Assembly: GCA_963717525.1 (NCBI GenBank)
Contig: OY970343.1
Span: 2,176,001-2,240,000 of the forward strand
From: an uncultured Methanoregulaceae archaeon
Lineage (GTDB): Archaea > Halobacteriota > Methanomicrobia > Methanomicrobiales > Methanospirillaceae
DNA: 64,000 nt
Direction: 5' to 3'
The position numbers and the translations under genes were made by a program. This document shows, one piece after another, positions 1-10,266 of this stretch (position 1 is the first letter of the stretch; the number at the start of each line of letters is the position of its first letter). The notes below the pieces were generated by a model. The model was not told the DNA's origin. It did not search any database and saw only the letters and a list, made by a program, of their open reading frames with translations.

Positions 1-45
1 AGATCCAAAGGATTTGCTGAGATTATCCGCTTCGATAATGTCCAT
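1..45 (-). CDS. 5' end of probable ABC transporter ATP-binding protein (runs off window)
   Basis: Reading from ATG at 45 gives MDIIEADNLSKSFGS, a typical ABC ATPase N-terminus; only 15 codons are visible. Confidence 0.6.
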   Translation of the reverse strand, partial: MDIIEADNLSKSFGS

Positions 46-223
46 GTATGGTTTCCTATACATCGTTACCGGCTACGACCATATGAGGGTATCCTTTTTT
101 TTATCAGGATACGGTAAGGTATGAAAAGAGTCCGTGTTGTTTTTGTCAATATTCTGATCCACACATGAAATATTTTTTTCACTTAACGACGGCATTATCC
201 CATGATAATTTTAAAAAAGCAGT

Positions 224-811
224 ATGCAAACCGTACAGGGTGTATGCAGCGTTGGCGGAGCCAGCCCCGCGGGGCTTGTCACCGGGATTATTCTCACCTT
301 TTGTCTGGTGGCCGGGTTTACGTTCCTCTTTGCCCTTCTTACGAGCCGCACCCGGGATCGGAAAAAACAACTGACGTTTATCGGCGTCCTGGTCGCACTT
401 ATCTTCGCTCTTAACAGCGTTGCGGTTATATTCACGGGACTCTTTGCGGTTTTGCCCATGCATCTCCCTGCATTGACATTCCTCCTCCTGGTTCCGCTTG
501 CGATTGTCCTTGCCGGGTTGCTCTGGGCCTGGCCTAAAAATCATGCCGGGATAACAACCGATGCGGTGCTGTGCTCCCTGATCGTCACCATCGCCGGGTT
601 TGTGCTCTTAGCCCTTTTATCGATCTCCGGTCTTATGGCCCTGCTTGTTCACCCTGCAAACGCTCCTTCCGGCCAGGCTGCAGCCCTCCCGGGGGATTGC
701 ACGACGCTGGTCATGGCCATCATCGTATTTGTGCTCACTCTTGTCCTTGCCACTGGCGGTTACAAGCTCCTCGCACTGGTCAGGAGTCAGAAAGGCCAAA
801 AATCTTCATAA
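224..811 (+). CDS. hypothetical multi-pass membrane protein
   Basis: 195-aa ORF with about 5 hydrophobic segments; no recognised motif. Confidence 0.7.
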   Translation: MQTVQGVCSVGGASPAGLVTGIILTFCLVAGFTFLFALLTSRTRDRKKQLTFIGVLVALIFALNSVAVIFTGLFAVLPMHLPALTFLLLVPLAIVLAGLLWAWPKNHAGITTDAVLCSLIVTIAGFVLLALLSISGLMALLVHPANAPSGQAAALPGDCTTLVMAIIVFVLTLVLATGGYKLLALVRSQKGQKSS

Positions 812-884
812 CGTTTCCCGATGCGGGCCCGGATTGAATAGCAGGGAGAGACGATCATGCGGGTGGTTCCTGCCCATGACGGAA

Positions 885-1136
885 GGAGGGGGTCGGGCGG
901 TGTACTTGAGGGTGATATCCCACGCCTTTTCATTTGTCCCGATCCAGCAGATTTACGAGAAAGATATACCTGACCCGATGCTCTGGATTGCAGTACTCAT
1001 GCGGCCGCATCGCATCAAAAAAGTGGTCCGACCCCCTCCCTGATAATTTTGTAAAAGGGCAAAATTTTGGATTTTTACGAGAGAGATACTCTATGTTTAT
1101 ACATGGAGGTGGTGGAGGGGGTCGGATGGTGTACTT
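885..1136. repeat. Locus A: three 23-bp GGAGGGGGTCGG-core motifs (+,-,+)
   Basis: 885-907 GGAGGGGGTCGGGCGGTGTACTT (+); 1017-1039 revcomp GGAGGGGGTCGGACCACTTTTTT (-); 1114-1136 GGAGGGGGTCGGATGGTGTACTT (+). Confidence 0.95.
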
Positions 1137-1660
1137 TGGAGATTTCGGCGTTCCGGGACAGATCGCTGTAATGGCCCTATAATGTCTGATCCCAGAGTCC
1201 AGTGAGTGCCCGGAAGCCCCCCGTACAGAACACCGCTAAAGGGGAAAAATAAGTCTATTTTACTGTGTTATTTTTGGATTTCACCCGAAAACTGGAAACT
1301 TTTTTCCTGCGGTGGACAAACAGATGCCAACAGGATGTTCACCAGCCATTATGGGGGGTAAACGGAGCTCGGATAGGGCCCGGATTGGGAGGGGGTGAGG
1401 GACGATTCCGGGCGGGACAAGGAATATGCGATCAGTATGAGGTTGCCCACCCCCTGATGGGGGTCGCTCGGCCGCCTCGTCGGGGCCTCGCTGGGCGAGG
1501 GAGGTTTCTGATTATGGCTTGCTAATTATGGTTCTGTCAAGTCTGCAGGAGTTAGAACCTTGTGCAGTCTCTGTCAAAAGTCGGGAGGTAAAATAACGAT
1601 TTTGCAATTCAAATAAATACTAATCTATATATGGATAGCAACCTCACGGGACATTTATTA

Positions 1661-1996
1661 ATGGTCATCACTTGGGAAGAAGTAAAAAAATACCTCAAAG
1701 AAAAATGCCTTATTACCGTTGCCTTTTTCGTTGAGGTTGTTTTCGAATTAATACGTGTAACTATCGTATTAGTTGGTTTATGGATATTTTTACTCATAGC
1801 CAACTGGTTGGGCTTTGAAAATAATTTTTACATTGAAATGCTTCATCAATTTTCATTTATCGGATTTTCTATAATTTATTTGATCGTACTAGTTTATGGA
1901 ATCATAGACTTCTACAGAATCTTTAATAAGCATCATGAACACGATTCTGTACAGTTAAATCTGGATGAAGTAGGAAGTGGCAAAAATGGGGTTTGA
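1661..1996 (+). CDS. hypothetical membrane protein (AT-rich islet)
   Basis: ORF (upstream ATG at 1631 also possible) with 2-3 hydrophobic segments, AT-rich codons. Confidence 0.65.
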   Translation: MVITWEEVKKYLKEKCLITVAFFVEVVFELIRVTIVLVGLWIFLLIANWLGFENNFYIEMLHQFSFIGFSIIYLIVLVYGIIDFYRIFNKHHEHDSVQLNLDEVGSGKNGV

Positions 1997-2396
1997 TTGT
2001 TATCCTATAGATCATCCCGAATTAAAAAAACGCCTTGAGGCATACAAAAAGATAGGTTTCAAGAGAAACTTTGCGTTGTCGATTCTGTACATGGCAGCCG
2101 TTTTCATTAATGGGTTCCTTGTCTTGGCAATAATCAACGCAATCCACCCATTGGGTTTGGCCTCCACTTCCGCGACATTGTTAGCTGTTGCTGTTTATCT
2201 AACGGTAACGATTGTTGACTTCATTTTGTTATACCACAACAAAATCACACCAGCAATATTAACTTTGATTGTCATATTTGCATGGATTTTACTCCCATAC
2301 CAGTTTATTTCAGGGAAAACCATATTGGATAAAACAAAAACCCCGATGGAAATTAGAAAAAGTATTTTCCACAAGGTATACCAAAATACGGGCTAA
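1986..2396 (+). CDS. hypothetical membrane protein (AT-rich islet)
   Basis: ORF overlapping previous stop, 3 hydrophobic segments, AT-rich codons. Confidence 0.65.
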   Translation: MGFDCYPIDHPELKKRLEAYKKIGFKRNFALSILYMAAVFINGFLVLAIINAIHPLGLASTSATLLAVAVYLTVTIVDFILLYHNKITPAILTLIVIFAWILLPYQFISGKTILDKTKTPMEIRKSIFHKVYQNTG

Positions 2397-2656
2397 ATTT
2401 ATTTCGCTTGTGCCGCATTCTGGATCAGGCCCCCCACGCATTCTCCCCCGTTAACCACAATCCCGCATGCCTCGGCCGGTGTCTTTCCGTCAAGCCCTTC
2501 GTGCGGCTTGATGAAATTGTGATAGATTCGCATCCCCTTGCTATTCCTCATCCCGTGCTCCCCCTCATCCCACGATCACCTTTATTTCCCCTCACGTCAA
2601 ATGTAACAGACCCAAGCTCGGAACCCGTTTATACGGGACGGCATGGTGCAAAGACT

Positions 2657-3133
2657 ATGGCAGAAGTGGTCGAGGTTTTAGTATCCGGCGGGAAGGCAAC
2701 CGCGGGTCCGCCATTAGGACCCTCGCTCGGACCACTCGGTATCAACGTGAAGGCAGTAGTCGATGAGATCAACAAGAAGACCGCCACATTCAACGGAATG
2801 CAGGTCCCGGTCAAGATCGAAGTCGACGCAAAGAAGAACTTCACGATCTCGGTGGGTATCCCCCCGACGACGGCACTCATCAAGAAAGAGGCCAATATCG
2901 AGAAAGGATCCGCAGAGCCCAACGTCAAAGTGGCAGGCAACCTGCCATTCGAGGCCGCAGTCAGAATTGCCAACATGAAACTCGAAGGCATGCTCTCCTA
3001 CGAGCTCAAGACCGCAGTAAGAGAGGTCGTGGGCACGTGTGTGAGCATGGGAGTCACCGTTGACGGCAAGCGCGCGAAAGAAGTGCTCGCCGACATCGCA
3101 GCTGGCAAGTACGACAGCGTCCTTGTGAAATAG
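2657..3133 (+). CDS. rpl11: 50S ribosomal protein L11
   Basis: [22 protein letters not shown]...GTCVSMG L11 signature; start placed at ATG 2657. Confidence 0.98.
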   Translation: MAEVVEVLVSGGKATAGPPLGPSLGPLGINVKAVVDEINKKTATFNGMQVPVKIEVDAKKNFTISVGIPPTTALIKKEANIEKGSAEPNVKVAGNLPFEAAVRIANMKLEGMLSYELKTAVREVVGTCVSMGVTVDGKRAKEVLADIAAGKYDSVLVK

Positions 3134-3145
3134 ATCCGAAGAACA

Positions 3146-3184
3146 CCATAGGAGATCGAAGGGTTCGGTCGCGAACTATGGAGG
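3146..3184 (+). promoter_or_regulatory. L1-binding translational operator hairpin
   Basis: CCAUAG/CUAUGG stem, GA/GCGAA asymmetric internal loop, GAUCGAA/UUCGGUC upper stem; 3' arm overlaps rpl1 SD GGAGG. Confidence 0.75.
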
Positions 3185-3190
3185 AATCTG

Positions 3191-3835
3191 ATGGTTGATA
3201 GGGCCAAAATTCTGGACGCCGTAAAAACGGCGATTGAAAAGGCGCCAAAGAGAAAATTCTCTGAGAGCATCGATATTACCATCAATCTCAAGAATATCGA
3301 TATGGCGCAGCCGAAAAATCGTATCGACGAGACGATTCTTCTCCCGAACGGGACCGGGGAAAAGACCGGTATCTGTGTCATCGGGAAAGGGGACATCGTC
3401 ACGCAGGCAAAGGATGCCAAGGTTGATCTGATCATCGGCCCTGAAGAGGTAGAACGGCTCGGAGGCGCACCCCGCGAAGCACGCAGGGTCGCCAGTACCT
3501 ACAAGTACTTCCTTGCCGAGACCGCGGTCATGCCGCAGGTCGGTCGTTTCTTAGGTCCCCGGCTTGGTCCGAGGGGCAGGATGCCGATGCCGATCACCGG
3601 GCAGACCGATATCCGCCCGATTGTCGAACGTCTCCGGAACTCGGTGAAGATCCGTACCAAGGATAAGACGGTCTTCTCGACAAAGGTAGGATCGACGGCA
3701 ATGACACCGGAGCAGGTCTCCGAGAACATCGATGCTGTTGTCAAACGTATCGAATCAGTCCTTGAACAGGGTCACTTAAACGTCCGCTCGATTTACGTGA
3801 AGACCACGATGGGTCCGTCCGTGAGGCTGGTATAA
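3191..3835 (+). CDS. rpl1: 50S ribosomal protein L1
   Basis: KRKFSESIDITINLKNID, LGPRGRMP, KTTMGP motifs. Confidence 0.98.
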   Translation: MVDRAKILDAVKTAIEKAPKRKFSESIDITINLKNIDMAQPKNRIDETILLPNGTGEKTGICVIGKGDIVTQAKDAKVDLIIGPEEVERLGGAPREARRVASTYKYFLAETAVMPQVGRFLGPRLGPRGRMPMPITGQTDIRPIVERLRNSVKIRTKDKTVFSTKVGSTAMTPEQVSENIDAVVKRIESVLEQGHLNVRSIYVKTTMGPSVRLV

Positions 3836-4684
3836 TGGCAGTCTATACCCACCACCTGCCCGCATGGAAAAAGGACGAGGTCGCGGCGATCAAGAAGCAC
3901 GCAAAGGAGTACACGCTGATCGGGCTTGTCGACATGTACGGCATCCCCGCGCAGCAGGTGCAGCAGATCCGGCGAAACCTCCGGGGCAAAGCAGTCATCA
4001 AGGTAACGCGGAACACCTTGATCGAGCACGCGCTCGGCGAGATTGGCGGGGACACAAAAGGTCTCACAAAATTCATCTCCGGCCATTCCGCGGTGATCTT
4101 CTCCAACGACAACCCGTTCAAGCTGTATCAAGCAGCTCGAGAAGACCAAGACCAAGATGGCCGCAAAAGCCGGCGAGACCGCACCCGAGGACATCGTTAT
4201 CGAGAAGGGCCCCACGAGCTTCAAGCCCGGCCCGATTGTCGGCGAGCTCCAGCAGGCCGGCATTCCCGCGGCGATTGAAGGCGGCAAGGTCAAGATCAGG
4301 GAGACGAAGACCGTCGTCAAGAAAGGCGCGGTCATCTCGGCGAAACTTGCCGATGTGCTTGTCAAGCTTGACATCAAGCCCATGGACGTGGGGCTCGCCC
4401 TCCAGGCAGCCTTCCACGACGGCACCATCTACGAGCCGTCCGTCCTCTCCGTAGACGAGACAAAGCTCCTCGCCCAGCTCCAGCTTGCCGGTATGCAGGC
4501 GTTCAACCTGTCGGTGAACGCAGCAATCCCGACCAGGGAGACCATGGTGCCGATCCTGACGAAGGCCGTCAGGGATGCACGCGGTCTTGCGATCGAGGCA
4601 GCAATCTACGAGAAAGACGTTGTCGATGCGATTATTGGTAAAGCCCAGAGAGAAAGCCAGGTGTTGAAGACCCTGGTAAAATAA
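3835..4684 (+). CDS. rplP0: 50S ribosomal protein P0/L10, split by +1 frameshift at ~4129
   Basis: N-part PAWKKDEV..NPFKLY; C-part GPTSFKPGPIVGELQQAGIP in another frame; removing one base at 4128-4129 restores KLYKQLEKTKTKMAAK. Confidence 0.95.
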
Positions 4685-4707
4685 ACAGTATTTGAGGTGA
4701 ATTTGAG

Positions 4708-5022
4708 ATGGAGTATATCTATGCAGCACTTCTCCTGCACAAGGCAGGCAAGAAGGTTGATGAGCACGGCGTCAAGGCAGTACTGACCGCCGCAGGTGTA
4801 GCAGCAGACGAGTCACGGATCAAGGCGCTCATTGCAGCCCTCGACGGCGTGAACATTGAAGAGGCAATCAGCAAGGCAGCCGCAGCGCCGGTCGCCGTTG
4901 CAGCAGCCGCACCCGCAGCAGGCCACGCAGCCGCAGCACCAGCAAAGGAAGAGCACAAGGAAGAGGATAAGAAGGCAGAAGAAGAGAGCGGCATGGCAGG
5001 GCTTGGTGCCCTGTTCGGCTGA
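4708..5022 (+). CDS. rpl12: 50S ribosomal protein P1/L12
   Basis: [11 protein letters not shown]...Ala hinge, acidic tail, GLGALFG. Confidence 0.98.
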   Translation: MEYIYAALLLHKAGKKVDEHGVKAVLTAAGVAADESRIKALIAALDGVNIEEAISKAAAAPVAVAAAAPAAGHAAAAPAKEEHKEEDKKAEEESGMAGLGALFG

Positions 5023-5023
5023 A

Positions 5024-5070
5024 TCTTTTTTCCTTCTTCGTTTCCGATCGTACGAGATCGATCTTCTTTT
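5024..5070 (+). terminator. oligo-T archaeal terminator candidate
   Basis: T-rich tract TCTTTTTTCCTTCTTCGTTT directly after the rpl12 stop. Confidence 0.5.
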
Positions 5071-5149
5071 CTGGAATAATCCAAAAGAGCGGATGCGCCG
5101 GCATATCCGGCCAGTGTCCTTTTCCTGTCCCGGGCTGGCACGCCTTCTT

Positions 5150-6149
5150 CTAGACTGGCACGCCCACGTAGATGTTATTCTTCGAGGCGACGATCTTTAC
5201 CCGGACCTGCCCCGACGTTTTGTCGCAGCCAAAGACCGATACCACCCGGTTCCGTGCGACACCCAGCTGTTCGCCATGGATCCAGCCCGGGGCCCGGATC
5301 TCGACCGTTGCCTTCTCTCCTTTTTTGAAGACCTGCGGGAGCGAAGGGCGCCGGACCGTCCTGAAGTCCCGTCCCGGGTCGAGGCGAAGGGGAATGCCCG
5401 ATGCTTTTTCCCACTCTTTGATGCTCCGGTTGAAGAACTGCCACCAGCTCTGGACCTTTATCCCCTTTGGTGTACGGCCGTACCGGTAGCGTTCGAACTT
5501 CTGGATGCCCAGAGGCGGGAACCGTTTTCCCGCACCGCACTCGCGTGCAAAGGCGATCAGCTTCGGGATCTCGGGGTCGTTGATGCCCGGCATATAAACC
5601 GGCGCGATGAGGAGGTCCATGGAACTTTGTGCGACCGCCCGTGCTGCACCGGTCACCGTGTCGATATCGTACCAGTCCACCCCGGCAAGCTCCCGGGCAA
5701 GCGCCGGGTCGAGCGCGTGGAGCGAGAGGTTGATCCGGTCGAGCCCTGCATCCGCGAGCGCTGCGATCTTCTTGTCGTCAAGGAGCGTGCCGTTGGTCTG
5801 GAGCGAGACGACCGAGACGGCATCGATCGCCTTGAGCGCCGCGACCAAGATCGGGGAGCCGGGAGTACATGAGCGGCTCGCCCGGGGAATCGATGTGGCA
5901 CTCGACACCGGTGCCCTTGAAGGGGGCGATCTCCTCAACAGCAGACAGGAGGTACTCCAGTTCAACCTCGTAACTGGTGGCCCGGGTCTTCGACGACGGC
6001 CCGGCATCGACCGAGCAGAACGGGCAGTTCAGGTTGCAGCCGCAGCTCGGGCGCACCTGTAAGAGGCTGGTGCCCCGGTCGATGATACCAAAATAGAGCG
6101 AGCCGACGAGGGGAATGTCGGAGTCGGCTGTTATGCGGACATGTGCCAT
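5150..6149 (-). CDS. radical SAM Fe-S protein with TRAM-like C-terminus (COG2100-like), frameshift at ~5847
   Basis: CNLNCPFC cluster motif, GEP, QTNG, RINLS; two frames joined by removing one base. Confidence 0.85.
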
Positions 6150-6179
6150 AACTTCATGCACGCCCGGCACAGCTGCCGG

Positions 6180-6592
6180 TTACCGGAACCTGCATCCCTG
6201 CCATTTTCCCCGGAAGACCACCGGGCGGGGGTCGTCCATCTGCGGGAGAAGGGTACTCGAATGCATCCTTGTCCACCGGCTTTTTCCCGTTCTTCCTGCA
6301 GAACTGGGCGAAGGTGTCGTACATGATGTCGAGCGGGATGGAACCCGAAGGGTCGCCCACGAGCATCTTCTGGTGGAAGTCCCAGATCCCTTCGAACTCT
6401 GCATCCTCTTCCTTAAGGGGCCTGACGATCCCGAAATTGAGCCTCGGCAGTTACACTCTTTTCATCTGCCGCGGCCCTGATCTCGAGGAAGTAGTCGTGC
6501 ACGGCAGCAAGCCCCTGCCGGAGCTCGGTGAGCTCCTTTTCCAGGCTCTGGATCCTCTTTTCCTGTTCCTGAATGATGTCGAGCGGATACAT
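6180..6592 (-). CDS. hypothetical coiled-coil + winged-helix-like protein, two frameshifts (~6451, ~6252)
   Basis: Reconstructed MYPLDIIQEQEKRIQSLEKEL...LPRLNFGIVRPLKEED...YDTFAQFCRKNGKKPVDKDAFEYLLPQM...GKWQGCRFR; start may be 6667. Confidence 0.6.
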
Positions 6593-6667
6593 CGCAAGCC
6601 TGATCTCATCTTTGTACTTCCGCCAAGATAAAATGCTTGTTTTTGTGGATTTGCCGATGGCTGGCAC

Positions 6668-8903
6668 TCATTTCCACTCTTTAAGAAGCGTGCCGGCCCA
6701 GACGCACTGGCCAAAGGAGACGCACCCGTCCCCCGGGGGATATTCATCGTTGATGAGAAGGGTGAGGCCGGCGCGGGTGATCTCCTCGCGGATGGTCTCC
6801 CGGATAGCCCGGTTGGCGACAACGCCCCCGCTCAGGGCCACGAGGGAAATGCCGTCGCGTTCTGCCGCGTGGATGGCAAGGGTTGCGATCCCCCGGGCAA
6901 GGTTGGTACTGGATGGATGCCGCGATGTTACGGACAGCGTTTCTCTCGCCCTCTTGTGCGTGAGATAACCGGGAGTGGGCAGTCCTGAGGATCGCCCGCG
7001 TGGAGAGCACTTCACACCCGTTGGCCCGGGAGAAGACCGGCTCCCATGTCTCTGCCGTACCCCCGGCAGCCGCTGCCTCGAGTTTCATCGCAGGCTCCCC
7101 GTCATAGGTGCGTTCCCGGCAGATCCCAAGGAGGGCCGCTGCCGCGTCGAGTACCCGGCCGGTGCTGCTGGTCATCGTGACGTTGAACTGTGTTGCGACC
7201 TGTTTCCTGAGCACGCCGAGTTCAACCTCCGACCAGCCGCGGTGGCGGAGGATGTCGAGGCACGCCTCTTCGGGCAGGATACCGTAGAGCATCCGCTCCG
7301 GGAACCGGGTGGCAAGGTCGCCGCCCGGCATCGCCACCGGTTCGAGGTTGGCGACCCGGGTAAGGTCCGGTACCTGCCCGGCAAAAACCTCGCCGCCCCA
7401 GACCGTGCCATCGTCCCCGTAGCCAACACCATCGATGGCGATCCCGACGCAGGGCTCGGTCGTGGTCGCCGCGATGTGCGCACGGTGGTGCTGGACCGGC
7501 ACGAGCCCAATCCCCCGCTCTTCTGCGATCTCCTTTGCAAACCGGGTGGAGAGGAACTGCGGGTGGAGGTCGTGGGCGACCACATCGTATTCGGCCCCCA
7601 GCAGCCGCTGGAGCTTTGCGACGGTCTCCTGCAGGTACGCGAGCGTCGCCGGGTTCCGGACGTTTCCCACGTGGGGGGAGGTGATGGCAAACCCCCCTTT
7701 GTAGATTGTCGCGTTCGCGTTCAGCTCAGGGCCGACGCCAAGGATGCAGTGCGGGCCGAGATCGATAGCCGTCCGTTTTGGGGCAATCCCCCGGGAGAAG
7801 CGCAGGATGTACCCGTCGCGGACGACCGAGTCGTCCACCCGGTTCTGTATGATCCGGTTGTGGACGAGGAAATAGTCCGCATCTTTTGCGAGTTTTGTAA
7901 GCGCGACTTCCGTGTCCGTGATCATCGGGTAGCCGGGCATGTTCGCGCTCGTCATGATCAGGAGCGGGTGCACAAGGTGCGAGAAGAGGAGGTGGTGGAG
8001 CCCGGTATAGGGCAGCATGCAGCCGATGGTGTGCAGGTTGCTGATGGTGGAATGCGAGGCGTGATCGCGCTTTTCGAGCACTACGATCGGGTGGACAGGG
8101 CTTTCCAGCAGCTCCCGCTCCTCTCGTGAGACAAGGGCGATCTGATCGACAAAACCCGGGCGCACCATCACCGCGAACGGCTGCTCGATCCGGCCGAGGC
8201 GGGACTTGAGTTCCCCTGAGGATTCCTCGATGCAGCCAAGATGGAAACCCCCGACACCACGGATCGCAAGGATCTTCCCGGCATCAAGGAGGGCCGCCGC
8301 CTCCCGAACCGGGTCGACACCGGGAATATCGTTCCCAACCCGGTCCATGAGCCGGAGCCCGGGACCGCAGGTGCGGCAGGCAATCGTCTGTGCATGGTGG
8401 CGCCGGGAATGCGGGTCGCCGTACTCTCCCGCACAGGCCGGGCACGGGGGGAATTCGTCCATGCTTGTCCGCTCCCGGTCGTAGGGGATTTCCCGTATGA
8501 TGCTGTACCGGGGCCCGCAGTTCACGCAGGAGGTTGCCCAGTAACTCTCGTATCTCCCGCCGGGGGTAAAAATATCCGCGATACAGTCGTCGCAGATCGC
8601 AATATCCGGGGGGATCATGCCGGAGAAGGAGCCGGTCCCGCTTTTGAGGATAACAAAACCATCCGGGATCCCGGCATCGGTTTTTGTCACGTTGACAGAA
8701 TCGATCCGGGACATCGGCGGGCCCCGGGAGACTGCTGCAAGAAAATCGGCGAACCGCTCGCCCCGGGCATAGATCTCCACCTCGCTCCCGAGGTTCTTTA
8801 CCGAGCCGGATATCCCGAACTCACAGGCCCGGGCATAGACAAAAGGGCGGAATCCGACACCCTGGACGATGCCGCGAACCGAAATCCTGCCCTTTTTTTG
8901 CAT
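6668..8903 (-). CDS. hypF: hydrogenase maturation carbamoyltransferase HypF, frameshift at ~6905
   Basis: GIVQGVGFRPFVY acylphosphatase domain, CxxC zinc fingers, HDLHP, QHHRAH, SGGV..N, PPGDG. Confidence 0.97.
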
Positions 8904-8960
8904 GATGGTGCCGCATAAATTTATTGATTTATACCGCGATATAATTATAGGGTTTTTACT

Positions 8961-9473
8961 GTGCCGGGTCACATCCGAATTGTCAACGATCCTGTCGAAC
9001 TTGTTCCGCTACTCATGACGTTCAACAGTCCTGCCTTCAAGAAGGTGTACGAACTGCTGAGCAAATCGTGGATGACCGAGGAAGAACTTCAGGCGCAGGT
9101 AAACGATGAATCTGTCCCGGTCTGCCTCCAGATCTTGAAGAAAGGCAACCTTGTGGAGGAACAGTGGCGGATGCCAAAGCCCGGCGAGAAGCCGCTGAAG
9201 GAGTTCCGGGGAACCTACAACAAGTTCCGGGCAAATTTCCAGTGCAACCTCCAGGATCTCTCGGACATCCTCTACATCTCGCTTTCAAACGACGAGAACC
9301 TCCGGGACGTTGTCGGGCGGATCGAGTCGGAACTGGGAAACGGCAACACGTCCATCAGCGATCTTTCACGGAAATTCGGTGTCAGCCCGGTGTTCATCAG
9401 GGGTCTTGCAAAGCGGATACCTCATCTTGACGTGAAGGGACAGGGACTGGTGCTGCTTGACACAGGACGCTAA
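8961..9473 (+). CDS. ArsR-like archaeal transcriptional regulator (COG4860-like)
   Basis: IVNDPVELVPLL..., WRMPKPGEKP pattern; divergent from hypF. Confidence 0.75.
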   Translation: MPGHIRIVNDPVELVPLLMTFNSPAFKKVYELLSKSWMTEEELQAQVNDESVPVCLQILKKGNLVEEQWRMPKPGEKPLKEFRGTYNKFRANFQCNLQDLSDILYISLSNDENLRDVVGRIESELGNGNTSISDLSRKFGVSPVFIRGLAKRIPHLDVKGQGLVLLDTGR

Positions 9474-10266
9474 GGATCCTCTCTATTCTATCCTGCGCAG
9501 CAAACGCGAAGTCTCCCGGTTACAGATCCTGGTCGAGATTGCCGAGCACCAGCCGGCGGTGCGCCAGCAGGAGATCGCGACAAAACTCGGGGTTACACCG
9601 CAGGCGATCTCCGAGTACATCCGCGAGCTCACTGACGAGGGCATGGTCTCGGCAAGCGGCCGCGGGAACTATGAGGTCACCAAGGCTGGCATCGAGTGGG
9701 TGCTCGCCAATGCCGAGTCGCTGGAGTCCTATGCCCGGCACATCCGGCGCGACATCATCCAGCAGGTCTCGATCTGGACAGCGATTGCGGCAGAGAACCT
9801 CAAGGCAGGGGACGAGGTCGGGGTCTTCATGAAGGGCGGCTTTTTGTACGCTGCAAAAAAGTCGCAGCCGGCGACCGGGTCGGTTGTTGCGGATGCAAAA
9901 AAAGATGAGGACGTAGGGGTTGCCCGGCTCAACGGCATCATCGAGCACCATGAAGGGGCGATCACCATCTGCAAGGTGCCCCGCATTCAGCACGGGGGCT
10001 CACGCAGGGTTCAACTGGAACAGTTAAAGGAGATCGTCCGCCCGGCCGGCTTGGTGGCAGCGGTCGGGCTCGAGGCTTACATCGCCCTCAAATCTGCAGG
10101 GCAGAAGCCTGACCTGTTCTTCGGTGCCCGGGAAGGTGTCATCGAGGCGGCGTTCCATGGGATCGACTGCGTGATCGTGATTGTTGACGAGGAGTTCACG
10201 GATTTCTTAAAACGGCTTGAGGGTGTCGGGCTCTCGTATGTCATCGTCGATCTGATCGCCCCATGA
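9457..10266 (+). CDS. winged-helix transcriptional regulator (COG1497-like)
   Basis: QQEIATKLGVTPQAISEYIREL HTH at N-terminus. Confidence 0.8.
   Translation: MTQDAKDPLYSILRSKREVSRLQILVEIAEHQPAVRQQEIATKLGVTPQAISEYIRELTDEGMVSASGRGNYEVTKAGIEWVLANAESLESYARHIRRDIIQQVSIWTAIAAENLKAGDEVGVFMKGGFLYAAKKSQPATGSVVADAKKDEDVGVARLNGIIEHHEGAITICKVPRIQHGGSRRVQLEQLKEIVRPAGLVAAVGLEAYIALKSAGQKPDLFFGAREGVIEAAFHGIDCVIVIVDEEFTDFLKRLEGVGLSYVIVDLIAP

Noticed and set aside
885..1136. Motif triplet as a CRISPR mini-array
   Set aside because: Repeats alternate in orientation, spacers are 74-109 bp and unequal, and no cas genes are present.
4100..4160. Programmed frameshifting in rplP0 (and likewise in smc, hypF and others)
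   Set aside because: No shared slippery heptamer or stimulatory structure; scattered mixed insertions and deletions fit sequencing error better.
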